From NCBI GenBank assembly GCA_012295275.1, contig CM022666.1, forward strand, positions 12,710,001-12,774,000: 64,000 bases of DNA, given 5' to 3'. Made by a program: the position numbers and the translations under genes. Within the stretch, counting starts at the first letter, position 1; each line of letters begins with the position of its first letter. Below the pieces are notes generated by a model. That model saw only the letters and a list, made by a program, of their open reading frames with translations, was not told the DNA's origin and ran no database searches. Positions 14,376 to 27,260 of this stretch are shown piece after piece. Source of the stretch: Chrysomallon squamiferum. Its lineage: Eukaryota > Animalia > Mollusca.

Positions 14376-15217
14376 CTTATCCTCCTGCTTAAACTCTTTC
14401 CCTGTATCATTAATCAGTAATTGCCTTATTGTTATTTATTTATTTTTTAGATATATGTTTGAAAGATGTCTTAGGAATATCTAATTTTTTATATAATCTC
14501 ATCAAAACATTCTGTAAATGGCATCTTCCCATCACGTTTTTCCACTTCTCTTAGGAGGATCTCCTGCACTCACGAGGCAGTATACAAGAAAACCTAATGG
14601 ACTTTCTCGCAGAGCTGTTCTCGTTTGAAATGATAAAACTGACAGAGTCAGGACAGCTTCTGAATGATCAGGAATCATAAAGTAAGTTATGGTTCAGAAT
14701 TTGAGTAAAAGAAAGTCCACAATTGTATTATATCTTTTATTATACAAATTAATGAAAAATTGTATTGGAAAAATTGGGATTTATAATATTCAGTTTTAGT
14801 GTATATATTGAGAGATGCCTTTACCTATTTAAATACAGTTTTTTATTATTTAAAGTAGATGATTTCAGATTTTGAAAGATCTTTATATAATGGTCAGTAT
14901 TTCAGAAGGCTACTAATGAAGAAAGTTAATATTAAAGGAATATTTAAATGAGTGCATCTCATGTAAATTTTATGAAGATTCATTTCTTCAGAAAGCTTAC
15001 ATTGCAGGGTTTATTATTCTTTTTGTTAATTTTAATTCAGCATCTCGCTGTGGTTATGGGAGGTCAAGTGTAAGAAAACACTAAGTACCCATTAGCAATG
15101 CAACAAAATGTAGCTTTCACAAAACTGAGTCGAGATTCACCAGTACTAGAGAACTATACAAAAGAAAGTTTACTTCATAAGTATTTACTTAATTCATTTT
15201 GTTAAGTTTATAGTGAT

Positions 15218-15420
15218 GGATAGAATGGCTCAGTGGTTAGAGTGCATAGCCAAGGTTGTTGGGTTCTAGGATCACACCTGCATGGAGGATGAATAAAGTT
15301 ATTTACCAATCTAGCTGCTGATCCATTCCTGATATATCTAAGATCATGTCTATGTTTTCCTGTGGAAAGATGTATCTTAAAAGCAGATTTTTAGTTGGTT
15401 TAAAAAGGGTGTCACTTCAT
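15218..15420 (+). mobile_element. Degenerate tRNA-derived SINE relic (second copy near 41848-42040)
   Basis: A-box-like TGGCTCAGTGG at 15226-15236, followed by TTAGAGTGC and a decayed B-box-like GGTTCTAGGATC. Confidence 0.45.
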
Positions 15421-16512
15421 ATTACAGAAACATGTTTTCCATTTCATTAGCTGTATTGTTACTTACCTTTTAAGATACAAAAGACTAGTGAGAATCATGT
15501 GGTGTATATTCTTAAATAAAATATTTCTTTTTTATTTTAGATTTGGTCTATTTTAGCAGAATTTCTATTTATCAATAATCAGGTTATTCTTTTAACAGGT
15601 ACAGATTTGTTTTCAATTCAGAATTTACATTTATATTTTGGCGAACCTCTTTAGACTTTTATCATATTTAGCAGTATGTCTGTAAGCTTGCATGCACAAT
15701 TGAAATCCAATAGCTGAAATATATTATTTCAACAAACATTCATTTGCATCAATAAATGGTATTGATATACATATATAATAGTAAATAATGTTACTAACAA
15801 AAACATATACAATTAAATTATCTGAGTTTTTACTTTTTCAGGCACATACCTCAAAACAGACATTTGTCATTACCTAAACATCAGAATGGCACAACTACAG
15901 ACAGCAGAGCAGACAGAAGTTTCGAAAAAAAAAAAAAAAATGGTATAAAAACAGACACACATTAACTTTTCTGTTTAAATATCAACTTACATTCTTCTTA
16001 GATTTGTTTGGCAATGTATTCTCAGTACAAAGTAAGAAAAGCAGATTAAATCAAGAATAGTCTGTAATAATAAGTAAACTAAGTGCAGTATACAAACAGC
16101 CAGATAATTTAGTATACTTCCATATTTCCATACTTCCATTAGGATTGTTTTATTTCTCTTTAGCTTATATTTGTCCTGTGGGTAACCAAAACCATTTCTT
16201 GTTTTGTTTTGAATTTGCAAAAATACAGTTTACTTTATTTTGTTTGGATTTGAAAGTTTAAAAGTTGATTTTAGGTGATTAGTGGTGTGTTATTTGAATT
16301 TCTTGTAAACAATTGTTTAATTGGAAATTGTCAATTAAGAAATTGACAATGTGTACCATATAATTACAGGCCTGTGATTTGAATTTTTCTTAGAAGAATT
16401 ATTACACGTTTTCAATATATCAGGTGTCTACTGGGAGTATTATTTGTCTTTCCTATTAAACAATAATTATTTCTATTACTGACATAGCAAATGAGCATTA
16501 GCAAATAATTTG

Positions 16513-16513
<1 letters not shown>

Positions 16514-16585
<72 letters not shown>
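16514..16585. repeat. (CT)n microsatellite inside the CAMSAP fragment (also 42873-42961)
   Basis: Direct reading. Confidence 0.95.
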
Positions 16586-16588
<3 letters not shown>

Positions 16589-18156
16589 ATCTCATCAAGG
16601 AATCTGTACTAATCTGGCAGGAACAGCAGCATCTGTAAAGTTGTTGTTGTTATAATAATAGCAGTAGTAGTATTAGTCACTGCCATTGTTCTAGTAGTGT
16701 AGTTGTTATAGCATTAGTGTTTGTACTATTAATGATAATAATACTTCTAATAGGTGAATGATCTTGTGATATTTTAACTTATGACGCTCTCTAGCTTTGT
16801 AATAGTTATGTATCTTGTGTGATTCATAATCAGAGACAACAAACCAGCTGTAGAACCGTGTGCTTATTAGTAATGACCCAGCAGCAGTGAAATCGCAAAC
16901 TGAAGTTGTCCATCGTCCAGCTGGCAGTCCGTACCCACAGGCAATGACAAACAGTCAGAAAGTTTACCATCGACGGATTCTTCCCTTGACAAGCTGAACC
17001 ACAGCCTGACCGAGCTGCAGGGAGAGATTTCATGACTGTCATTACAGCAGAAAGAGATACTCAGCATGCAGTCACCATATTTGTTCTTTCTCCCAAACAG
17101 CAGTCACCTCTGGCCGGTCACCCTGTCCACCATCAAATAGCACTGCCCTCTGGTGGACACGTTGGTCACGGAGAATCTTGAAACCCAGCAGCAGAACTGG
17201 CACAACAACAAACTCAACAGTTCTCACCAAAAGTACACACCAGTGTCATCAGCAGCAACACTCCACCAGTAGTTCAGACTCTGAGCTACTCTGATGCCTT
17301 CAAAACGCAATATGCTGCAGTGATCACCGGAGCTAGACATATGTTGCAAGGAGCAACAACAACAGTAACCCACTGAAGCTCAGATAGATGCACCTTGTGA
17401 AAATGGAAACAATGGTGAAGGTTTTCACACTAGCAGTGGAGGAATCAAAGGATTCTTGTTGCCATTTGGTGATGAATGAAGCATGCCAAAATGTTCAAAC
17501 CAGTGCTCAGCAAAGACAGAGGGAAAAAGAACAGTTCATCTGCTCAAGTCAACAATTACTCTGTTTCTTCAACATCAATCAGACTGTCAGTCCACTGCTG
17601 TTCATCTCTGTAGGGACCCCTACTATCACTGTGTACAAGTCTGGAAAGGCTGATGACAATGAATCTCAATACTTCAGGAATAGGATATATTTTAGATGAT
17701 TCTCCCTTTTATAAGCAACATATCTTTGCATCCTCTCTACACTGAAACATTCATACAGATAGGATTAGAAATATGCTTACAGTTACATGCAAAGTTCACT
17801 ACACAAAAACACATAAGAAAATATGTATGTTAATGTAGAAATTAAACAAGATGTCCAAATCTAGATGGATATTAACAGATTGATACACAGATAGACAGAC
17901 ACAACTTAAATTATTCATTCTTATAGTGGTTGTTTTTGTTTTAAAATATTTTTACCACTATAAAAGTTGATGTAAATAGAATGAAACAAACAATTATACT
18001 TTCGCTCAAGCAGCAACTCTGCAAAAATTTTATAAACTCTTTTATAAAAGTACTCTACACTGAGAATTTAACTTACTTTCTAGTAGTGAGTTGGAAATTT
18101 TGTTTTTCTGTTCTTGTTACAATTTATAATGGTTTTTCTTTCAGATGAGGGGCAGT

Positions 18157-18204
<48 letters not shown>

Positions 18205-19217
18205 TTATTTTATTATTATTATTATTATTATTTTAGGTTTTAATTTTTTTTAAAAGTTTATTACAACTTTATGTTTATAAATATTTCAGACCAGTGAACA
18301 GGAAATGATGTCAACGAAAGACAGACTGGTGGAAAGACAGATGAATGAAAGAGAAGAAAAGAAAAGAAGAACAGGAAGAACGAAGACTGGAAAACTAATA
18401 AAAAAATTTAAAGTAGTAAAAGAGAGAAAGAGTTCAGGGCTAAATATTTGAATTATACTGAATAATCAATGAGTAAAACTTTACCAAATTAGAAATTAAA
18501 ATAGTTTGGTTATCAAGCATAGGTTTAAACTGCTTTCAGAAGCACAGCATTACATTTGAATCCATGTACGTTCAAAATATCGTGGTTTATCGAGACTAGC
18601 CTGGCCTGAAACCAAGGAGTGGTTTCCATTTCTATGAACCAAATTTCGAACAAAGAGAACACATTCAACGGAAAGAAATGCTTAAAATGAAAACAGATTG
18701 TTCATTTTCATTCTTGTGTTGATTATATTAAACTACATGAAAACAAACCTTTCTTTTTTTTTTTTTTTAAATTGGATATACTATTGCTGACAAATTGGTT
18801 ATTCGTTGCAGTAATCTATATACAGTTTGTCACATCTGACACAGAATTCTGTGTAACTAACACTGCTGATAAAGTTGTTCTCTGAAACTTTTGAGAATGG
18901 GAGGATTCTCATGGACTGCTTCAAAGAGAATCCACATAGACTTTTACAAACACACACACACACATTTACACACATACACACACACATACAAATGCCTAAT
19001 GATGTATATATATATATATATATGCAGCATATGCCTGTTATTGATGCCTCACTAAATTTTGTATACTACTACAACAATCACCTATGTTTTTGGTACCAGT
19101 CGTTTTTAATAACAAAGTAAGTAGAACAATAAAATAACACATCAGTGAGGTTCTTATTTTACTGTGATATTTAAAAAATGTCAGGAAAATTTACTCCAGA
19201 TTTCATTAATAGCAAAT

Positions 19218-19257
<40 letters not shown>

Positions 19258-19412
19258 AAATAGATTAATTGTTAATATCAAACGGATGGCTTTATCTACT
19301 GATATGCATATGGAACTGATTTAGATCTCTTTTAATAAAAACAGAAAGACACCAGATGAACAGACACTCGGTTCTGAGGAATAATTCCAGGCTGTCTTTT
19401 CTTGCCTTACAT

Positions 19413-19500
19413 CACTGGTTCTCAACCTTTTTTGCTCCATGCTCCACCTCAACATCTAAAAAATGTTTATGTCCCCCCTTAGAGTTTTGTAAGTGTAATT
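19413..19500 (+). mobile_element. hAT-type MITE end fragment (also at 45804)
   Basis: CACTGGTTCTCAACCTTTTT resembles the common hAT/Charlie terminus CAGTGGTTCTCAACCT. The other end was not found. Confidence 0.45.
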
Positions 19501-20009
19501 ACTGTAATATAAAGTAGAAATCCTTTAATTAAACAAAGTGTAAACAAACTGCTCGTTAGTGTTGTCAGATTCACGATAACTTGTAGACGAATTGTAACTG
19601 GAAGTTTGGTCGTGTTATATCAATTTCAAAATTGCACTCTTGTCTCAGATCGACACCTATATTTGATCCCCACTATTAGGATAGTTACATTTGGCTCCTT
19701 TGCCAAGCAAACGGTGGATAAAAAAAAATAAAAAAATAAAAATAAATAATAATAATAATAATTAAGTAATAATGTTAAATTCACAGTGTTAGTATATGTT
19801 TTGAAGTGATTGTATCGTACATTTAGCGACCAAATGTTGTCAGTGAAACAGAGTAACTATTAAAACAACAAACTTTATGTTTGCACATATATTTTAAAGT
19901 TTTTATTGATAATGTCATTTCGTATTCTTTTAAAGCTCGCGAACTTATTTCTCATCAAAAGAAAACAATGAAACTATTCACCTTGAGTTTGAGGTATTTT
20001 TGCGTTACG

Positions 20010-20040
<31 letters not shown>

Positions 20041-20047
20041 GACAATT

Positions 20048-20111
<64 letters not shown>

Positions 20112-20261
20112 TTAAACAAATGTCATCCTCCAATAAGTTTTAGCGAGTATAAATTTACTAAACACACTGAGTTGACCCTCCCCTCTGCCATACATGATCC
20201 AATGAGAAACGAGCATGCTTGTATTATTTTATTCCACGTGTGTAGAAGCCTAAACACTATC

Positions 20262-20430
20262 GTGGTAAAGAGATACAGTCTGTGTATGATCAATATCCGG
20301 AACGAACAGTTGGTGTAATACTCGAGCCTTTTCCAAAGCAAAATGGAATTTACAAAAATGCCTCAAGTGGATCAATTCTATGCGGAAGGCCGTGGGAACA
20401 GCTGAATTCATCGAAAATCAACTCGGATAA
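20262..20430 (+). mobile_element. THAP-domain transposase 5' relic, copy a
   Basis: YPER…PFPK…(frameshift)KCLKWI…CGRPWEQLNSSKIN, a typical THAP zinc-finger exon of PIF/Harbinger-ISL2EU-type transposases. Confidence 0.7.
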
Positions 20431-20633
20431 GAAATATTAGATTAACATCCAATATTAGTTCAAAACAAACGTGTTACAGCATTAAATATAAAATTACAAG
20501 GAATGTATTATTGACAGTTCTATTTACAAAACATACACGTGCAGTTATAAACGATTACATCAGTCAGCATACGTAACTCCGCCCCCAAAAGGGGTGTAAC
20601 CCGATTGTTGCTCGGTTAGTTAAGCTAAAAAGA

Positions 20634-21476
20634 ATGGCGGAAGAATCACGTAGAAAAAGGACTAAATTGTCCGATCTGTCGGTGAATTTCTGTCTGGAAT
20701 TTTTAAGAGATACGGCTATATCTTTCAAAAGCCGTCAGCAGAGTTTCAAGTACTGCCGTGAAGGTTACATTCACTATATTAACATGTCTTGTAATGATGA
20801 CAGCATCATTTTTATGTCACCTACTAGACCAAATAAGAGAATGTGTTTTTTGTGTTTTGTTGTTTTAAATACAAAATGTAGTGATCCAGTGGTGAACCAA
20901 GCATTTCACACTTTGAAATGAATTGGGCTGTGATTGTATTTATAAAATAAAATTAAAACAAAGTAATGGTAACAACAAAAATACTGAGTTAACAACATAA
21001 TGTGGGTGATTTTTGTAGATTCCATGAGAAAACACCTGTCACTAACATCATAAGTTGTGTCCAAGACAACGAAAATGTTAGTTCTGCTTAATTTTACAAA
21101 ATTAATCTTCCATTACATATTTTTTTAAAGTTCTTATAGTTAGTAGTTTTTATGAACTGCAGTTAGTCAAAAGAAAAATTACTTTCTGATAAAATTTTAT
21201 TATGAATTTATTGCTTGTGAAATCTTTAAAATTCAAAGAAGTACATAAAGTTAAGCTAATTATCACCATTAGATGTTGTTGTTTTTTTTATTACATTAAT
21301 TTAGTTGTTTATTTATTGATTTCTATTTATTGTTCTTATTTTTATTTACTTGATAAAATAATACTGAGTGAAAGCTTTAAAAGTGGAAGAAAGATCACTA
21401 AATTTATATTGAACTTCTCATTTGCACACTCCAGTTATTATTATTATTGTTGTTATAATAATAACAACAACAACAA

Positions 21477-21525
<49 letters not shown>

Positions 21526-21655
21526 TTTATACAGCCTGCATGCATCATAAGATATTTTTATTTTCTTGTCATACTTGATCATTGTGAAAGATCCTTTGCC
21601 AGTATCACATATAATGACACTGCTTTAATGATGCAGTGCTTTTACTGTGTTTAGA
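20634..21655 (+). mobile_element. Relic of a SWIM/YqaJ-type accessory gene (ISL2EU-like DNA transposon), copy a
   Basis: ORF MAEESRRKR…SRQQSFKYCREGYIHYI, then exon-like pieces giving SMRK (about 21020) and a decayed C…HC…TALMMQ (about 21533-21650). This resembles the N-terminus of SWIM+YqaJ proteins (K-Y/F-x-E-G-Y-I/V-H…RSMRK…SWIM). Confidence 0.5.
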
Positions 21656-22221
21656 CAATTTTATTAAATGTTATTATCATCTATGAACGAGATGAACTGG
21701 GGTTTTTTCTTAGATAATATGCACATGCTATCAAAGGAAACACTATTAAAGAAACACTTCAAGATGGAAATAATTGGTGTTTAAGTTGTCATGTTCAATA
21801 TATAGAAGTAAAACAGTTTCTACTGATAGTTCGACATCTCATTCCAGATTCTGCCTTTATTTTTCTCTGGAGGTTTTTCAGAAGATTTTTGTTTTTCTTA
21901 GTTATCATTCTGCATAAATGTTCTCATATGATGAAATTTAATCTTGAAATAATTATATTAGGTATTTGACAAAAGCATTTACAGTTTTCATTTTGTTTGT
22001 TTTTTGTGGTTGTTATTTTGTAAAGAGTTGTTGTTCTTATTAATAACATTATTATTATTTAATTTCGTTTTCTTTTCATTTTTAAGTTGGTTATAGTAAT
22101 GAAATTTGGTAGATTTGTTGTTTATTTCTTTAAAGTAAATAAATAAAATAATAATGTTTGTTTGTTTAATCTAGTTTTAATAATTTTAAATTTTTGTTTA
22201 TTCATTGGTGATCAAATACTA

Positions 22222-22620
22222 ACACGTATACAAACTAACTCGCACCGAGGCGTTGCCAGAGAGAGCGCGGACCTGTAGCAGGCGTCTTTCGTGACAGAAC
22301 CTTAATTTTTGTTATTATTATTGTTGTTGTTATTGTCATCGCTGTCGTTGTTGTTTCATACTTGTTTCTTCCAAACAGAGGATACACCAGTTTTACTAAG
22401 TAATGTGTAAGAAATTAACGTAGTATCTGAAACTGAAAATGAAAAAAAAATTACGAGCTGATCAGGTCTACAAGGAAGGATTATGTGACATGATCATGTA
22501 ACTTGGTAAGTCTAGCTGTGATTGGTGCTCGTACACGTATACAAACTTACTCGCACCGTGGCGTTGTCAGAGAGAGCGCGGACCTGTAGCAGGCGTGTTT
22601 CGTAACAGCACCTTAATTTT
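22222..22620 (+). promoter_or_regulatory. Orphan copy of the TNF proximal upstream region: two ~85-bp GC-rich motifs flanking an IRF-like GAAACTGAAAATGAAA
   Basis: Near-identical to the reverse complement of 62273-62664 and similar to 28567-28950, but followed by a LINE instead of TNF exon 1. Confidence 0.6.
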
Positions 22621-23565
22621 TAAAAACCGTAACCGGATTAGTAGTGTCTGAAAGTGGGTTCGTATAGTATGTTTATCATTTTTTAATTATTAATTTAATT
22701 GGCCGTTCAAATTGATTCGTCAATCAGCCGATCCATCCGTAGATCGATCAGCTGTTCAAGCAATCAATCCGGAAGTCAATACATTTATATAATTGTTGTT
22801 TGATTTCGTGTCAAAAAAAAAAAAAAAAAAAGTTTAAAGTTTGTGTTTTGTTTTGAGGATGTAATTTGTTACTGCAGCGAGGACGTTTGGTGCCAGGATG
22901 TGTTGGAGCGTGAACTCGATTTTTAGTTCCTCCAATGTATTGCGTAGTGCTTGTCTTTCCTTGGCAAAATTTGGACAGTGAAACAAGTAGTGTTTCATGG
23001 TTTCTGAGAGTCCACAACTGCAGTTGGGTGATGTGATGATGTTATCTTTGTATAGAATTGCGTTTAGGTTGGTTGAGTAACCAATTCTGGCTTTGGTGAG
23101 ATTGTTGTTGTGTAGTTTGTTGGCGAGTGTGATTTTGAGTGTTTTGGCGAGTGGTTTGATGTTTAAGTGCCATTTGTTTTTCGTGTTGTTCCATTCGTTT
23201 TGCCATTGTTTGTCGTAATGTTTGGCAGCGATGGAGACAATTTCGTTTATTCCGTAATGTATGTCTGTGCAGATGTCTTCGTCTTTAATGTTGAGTGACT
23301 CTTTGGCGTAATGGTCGGCAAGTTCGTTGCCGATGATGCCGACGTGTGCTGGGAGCCACTCGATGGTAAGTTCTTTCTTGTTATGTTGTATTTCTTCGTG
23401 TAGTTGTTGTATTTTGCTGAGCAGGTCTGGTCTGCTTGAACTTCCGGATTGTATTGAGATCACGGAACTTAGACTGTCCGAGAAAATGACTGTGTGTTTG
23501 TTGTTGTTGTGTTTTACCCACAGCATGGCTCTGATGATGGCTACCAACTCGGCCGTGTATACCCG
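22621..23565 (-). mobile_element. 5'-truncated non-LTR retrotransposon (I-group-like): RNase H plus CCHC end of ORF2 and 3' UTR
   Basis: ORF 22834-23547(-): VYTAELVAI, VIFSDSLS, WLPAHVGIIGNELADHYAK (non-LTR RNase H) and CSCGLSETMKHYLFHC zinc knuckle. The frame is uninterrupted. The 3' boundary is inferred from loss of homology to the duplicated promoter at 22620. Confidence 0.9.
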
Positions 23566-24664
23566 CGGACGTTGATTCTGAATTTTTAAATAATACAGTG
23601 GTATGTTCCCAAAACTGGCAGTCTCCAGATTAGGTAATCGGTGAGGTGTTCTAATCCGCTTCCAGAAATGGGAAAACTGGTGTGAGCAATTAAGGCCAAG
23701 TCAGACACATGGGGATAATGAGACGATTAACAAGATTATCCTTAATGAGCAGTGAAGAGCAGAGATCAGCCGGAATAGAGATTGCAAGAAAAATTAATGT
23801 TTGGAGACATGAAATTAATGTTATATCTCAGTAAAATCTGGAGATAGGAAATACTACCATAACAGAAGCACAAGCTCTTCCAGCTGGGACTGGAGTACGT
23901 CAAACTGTGGTATGCCTGTGTATGTACGTATTTATTTATAAGTATATATGTATGCTTGTGTATGTATCTAATTGTACATGCTTATCTAATGTATGTATAG
24001 ATAGATGTGTATTCATTTGTATTCTAATTCGTATGTATTCACCACCATATCGAAATATTAAACTTTATTTGAAGGAAATCAAAAGTATATGAATTACTTG
24101 ATAATGTGTTGTAAGAACCGCAAAAAATAATAAAACTCAGTTACAGTGAAAACAGCAAGTGTAACGTTGATGCTACTGTCATAGTGGCAGATTTAGTATA
24201 TGAAGTTGAACAAGAAACAAAATAAAACACTAATTACTTTAAACAACAAACCTGCCTGGGATAAAGAAACATTGGTTAAATCCTGTCTCAGATTGACCTA
24301 TGTTTCGGGTCGACACCTATATTTGATCCCCACTATTAGGTTAGTTACATTTGGCTCCCTTGCCAGGCAAACAGGGGATAAAAAAAATAATAATAATAAA
24401 ATAATAAAATAATAATAATAATAATAATATTAAATTCACAGTTATAGTATATGTTTTAAAGTGATTGTATCGTACATCTAGCGACTAAACGTTGTTAGTA
24501 AAACAGAATAACTATTAAAATAACAAACTTTAAGTTTGCACGAATATTTTAAAGTTTTTATTGATAATGTCATTTCGTATTCTTTTAAAGCTCGCGAACT
24601 TATTTCTCATCAAAAGAAAACAATGAAACTATTCACCTTGGGTTTGCGGTATTTTTGCGTTACG

Positions 24665-24695
<31 letters not shown>

Positions 24696-24993
24696 GACAA
24701 TTTTTATTTATTTTTCTATTATTATTATTTTATTATTATTTTTTTTTTCATCCAAATGTTATCCTCCAATAAGTTTTAGCGAGTATAAATTTACTAAACA
24801 GACTGAGTTGACCCTTGATCCAATGATAAACGAGCATGCTTGCATCATCTTTGTTCTGCGACGGACACGCCCGCTGACCTGTCAGAAAGCGTGCCCGTCG
24901 CAGACGTGCTTCACAACAGCTTGCTCTGATTAGCACGTTAATTTTTTTCCAATTCCAATTCCAATCATCTTTGTGCAGAAGCTTAAACACAAA

Positions 24994-25185
24994 CGTGGTA
25001 AAGAGATAAAGTTACAGTCTGTGTATAATCAATATCCGGAAAGAATAGTTGGTGTAATACTCGTGCCTTTTCCAAAGCAAAATGGAATTTACAAAAATGC
25101 CTCAAGTGGATCAATCATATGCGGAAGGCCGTGGGAACAGCTGAATTCATCGAAAATCAACTCGGATACATGTGACTGCACAAAG
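24994..25185 (+). mobile_element. THAP-domain transposase 5' relic, copy b (most complete)
   Basis: YPERIVGVILVPFPK / NLQKCLKWI (shifted frame) / CGRPWEQLNSSKINSDTCDCTK followed by a GTAAG donor. Confidence 0.75.
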
Positions 25186-25541
25186 GTAAGAAATTTGAAA
25201 TTCTCCGACCATAGAATCGAACGTATTATTACTTCATTTGACCGGATATCGAACAATATAATTGTCGTTTACATTTCCTTAATTTATAATAAAATAACAA
25301 GAACAAAATAAATAATACTTTACTAGAAATATGTAGAAATACTATTTGATTAACATCCAGTGTTAGTTCAAAACAAACATGTTACAGCATTAAATATAAA
25401 ATTACAAGGAATGTATTATTGAAAGTTATATTTACAAAACATGCACATGCATTTATAAACGATTACCTCAGTCAGTGTACGTAACTCCGCCCCCAGAAGG
25501 GATGTAACCCGATTGTTGCTCGGTTAGTTAAGCTAAAAACA

Positions 25542-26377
25542 ATGGCTGAAGAAGCACGTAGAAAAAGAGCTAAATTGTCCGATCTGTCGGTGAATTTCTG
25601 TCTGGATTTTTTAAGAGATACGGCTATATCTTTCAAAAGCCGTCAGCAGAGTTTCAAGTACTGCCGTGAAGGTTACATTCACTATATTAACATGTTTTGT
25701 AATGAATACAGCATCGTTTTTATGTCACCGACTAGACCAAATAAGAGAATGTGTTTCTTGTGTTTTGTTGTTTTAAATACAAAATGTAGTGATCCAGTGG
25801 TGAACCAAGCATTGCACACTTTGAAATGAATTGGGCTGTGATTGTATTTATAAAATTAAATTAAAACAAAGTAATGTTAACAACAAAAATACTGAGTTAA
25901 CAACATAATGTGGGTGATTTTTGTAGATTCCATGAGAAAACACCTGTCACTAACATCATAAGTTCTATCCAAGAGAAGGAAAATGTTAGTTGTGCTTAAT
26001 TTTACAAAATTAATCTTCCATTACACGTTTTTTTAAAGTTCTTATAGTGAGTAGTTTTTATGAACTGCAGTTAGTCAAAAGAAAAATTACTTTCTGATAA
26101 AATTTTATTATGAATTTATTGCTTGTGAAATCTTTAAAATTCAAAGAAGTACATAAAGTTAAGCTAATTATCACCATTAGATGTTTTTTTTTTTATTATT
26201 ACATTAATTTAGTTGTTTATTTATTTCTATTTATTGTTCTCATTTTTATTTACTTAACAAAATAATACTCAGTGAAAGCTTTAAAAGGGGAAGAAAGATC
26301 ACTAAATTTATATTGAACTTCTCATTTGCACACTCCAGTTATTATTATTATTGTTGTTATAATAACAACAACAACAA

Positions 26378-26426
<49 letters not shown>

Positions 26427-26520
26427 ATACAGCCTGCATGCATCATAAGAGATTTTTATTTCCTTGTCATACGTTATCATTGTGAAAGATTCTTTGCCAG
26501 TATCACATATAATGACACAG
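25542..26520 (+). mobile_element. SWIM/YqaJ-type accessory gene relic, copy b
   Basis: Near-identical to the relic starting at 20634. Confidence 0.5.
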
Positions 26521-27260
26521 CTTTTAGACAATTTTATTAAATGTTATTATCATCTATGAACGAGATGAACTGTTGTTGTTTTTCCTAGATAATATGCACA
26601 TGCTATCAAAGGAAACACTATTAAAGAAACACTTCAAGATGAAACAATTGGTGTTTAAGTTGTCATGTTCAATATGTAGAAGTAAAACAGTTTCTACTTA
26701 CAGTTCGACATCTCATTCCAGATTCTGCCTTTGTTATTTTTCTCTGGGGGGTTTTCAGAAGATTTTTGTTTTTCTTAGTTATCATTCTGCATAAATGTTC
26801 TCATATGATGAAATATAATGTTGAAATAATTATATTAGGTATTTGACAAAAGCATTTACAGTTTTCATTTTCTTTGTTTTGTTGTTGTTATTGTGTAAAG
26901 AGTTGTTGTTCTTATTAATAGTATTATTATTATTTGATTTCTTTTTCTTTTCATTTTTAAGTTTGTTATAATAATGAAATTTGCTTGATTTGTTGTTTAT
27001 TTCTTTAAAGTTAATAAATAAAATAATAATGTTTGTTTGTTTAATCTAGTTTTAATAATTTTAAAATTTTTTTATTCATTGGTGATCAAATACTAAAATA
27101 AAAGAAAAAAGTAATAATAGTAATAAATATTTATTAATATAAAGTGATGTTTATTCCCTGTACATACAGTTTCAACAAGTCAAGTGCAGATTGCTTATTT
27201 TAATGAGATATTTATTGTAAGTATACACCATGAGTATAATAAGTACATTATCTTTTCACA

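Larger units (their letters stand above)
14451..18400 (+). pseudogene. CAMSAP: CAMSAP/Patronin unprocessed pseudogene fragment, copy A (exons 14451-14681, 15041-15180, ~15842-15941, ~16834-17660, 18290-~18400)
   Basis: DICLKDVLGISNFLYNLIKTFCKWHLPITFFHFS*EDLLHSRGSIQENLMDFLAELFSFE matches the CAMSAP CH domain (DICLKETMSLADSLYNL…HFTLEDMLY…FMAELF). Also VPISNATKCSF (VPISNATKRSF), SLDKLNHSLTELQGEIS*LSLQQ (coiled coil 2), KGFLLPFGDE, and EQEMMSTKDRLVERQM (coiled coil 3). Stops at 14552-14554 and 17033-17035. No N-terminus or CKK domain seen. Confidence 0.85.
24300..27095 (+). repeat. Internal duplication of about 19650-22220 (THAP and SWIM relics plus AT-rich flanks)
   Basis: Colinear similarity from TCGACACCTATATTTGATCCCC to GGTGATCAAATACTAA. 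Confidence 0.85.

Noticed and set aside
15041-15180. Exon first read as the NUFIP1 C-terminus (ESLLHK)
   Set aside because: VPISNATKCSF and its position after the CH exon fit CAMSAP much better
15218-15300. Possible tRNA gene
   Set aside because: Only an A-box-like motif; no cloverleaf or intact B box, so treated as a SINE relic
16830-17699. Listed ORFs at 16830, 16867 and 17388 as independent genes
   Set aside because: Antisense or off-frame reads of the CAMSAP pseudo-exon
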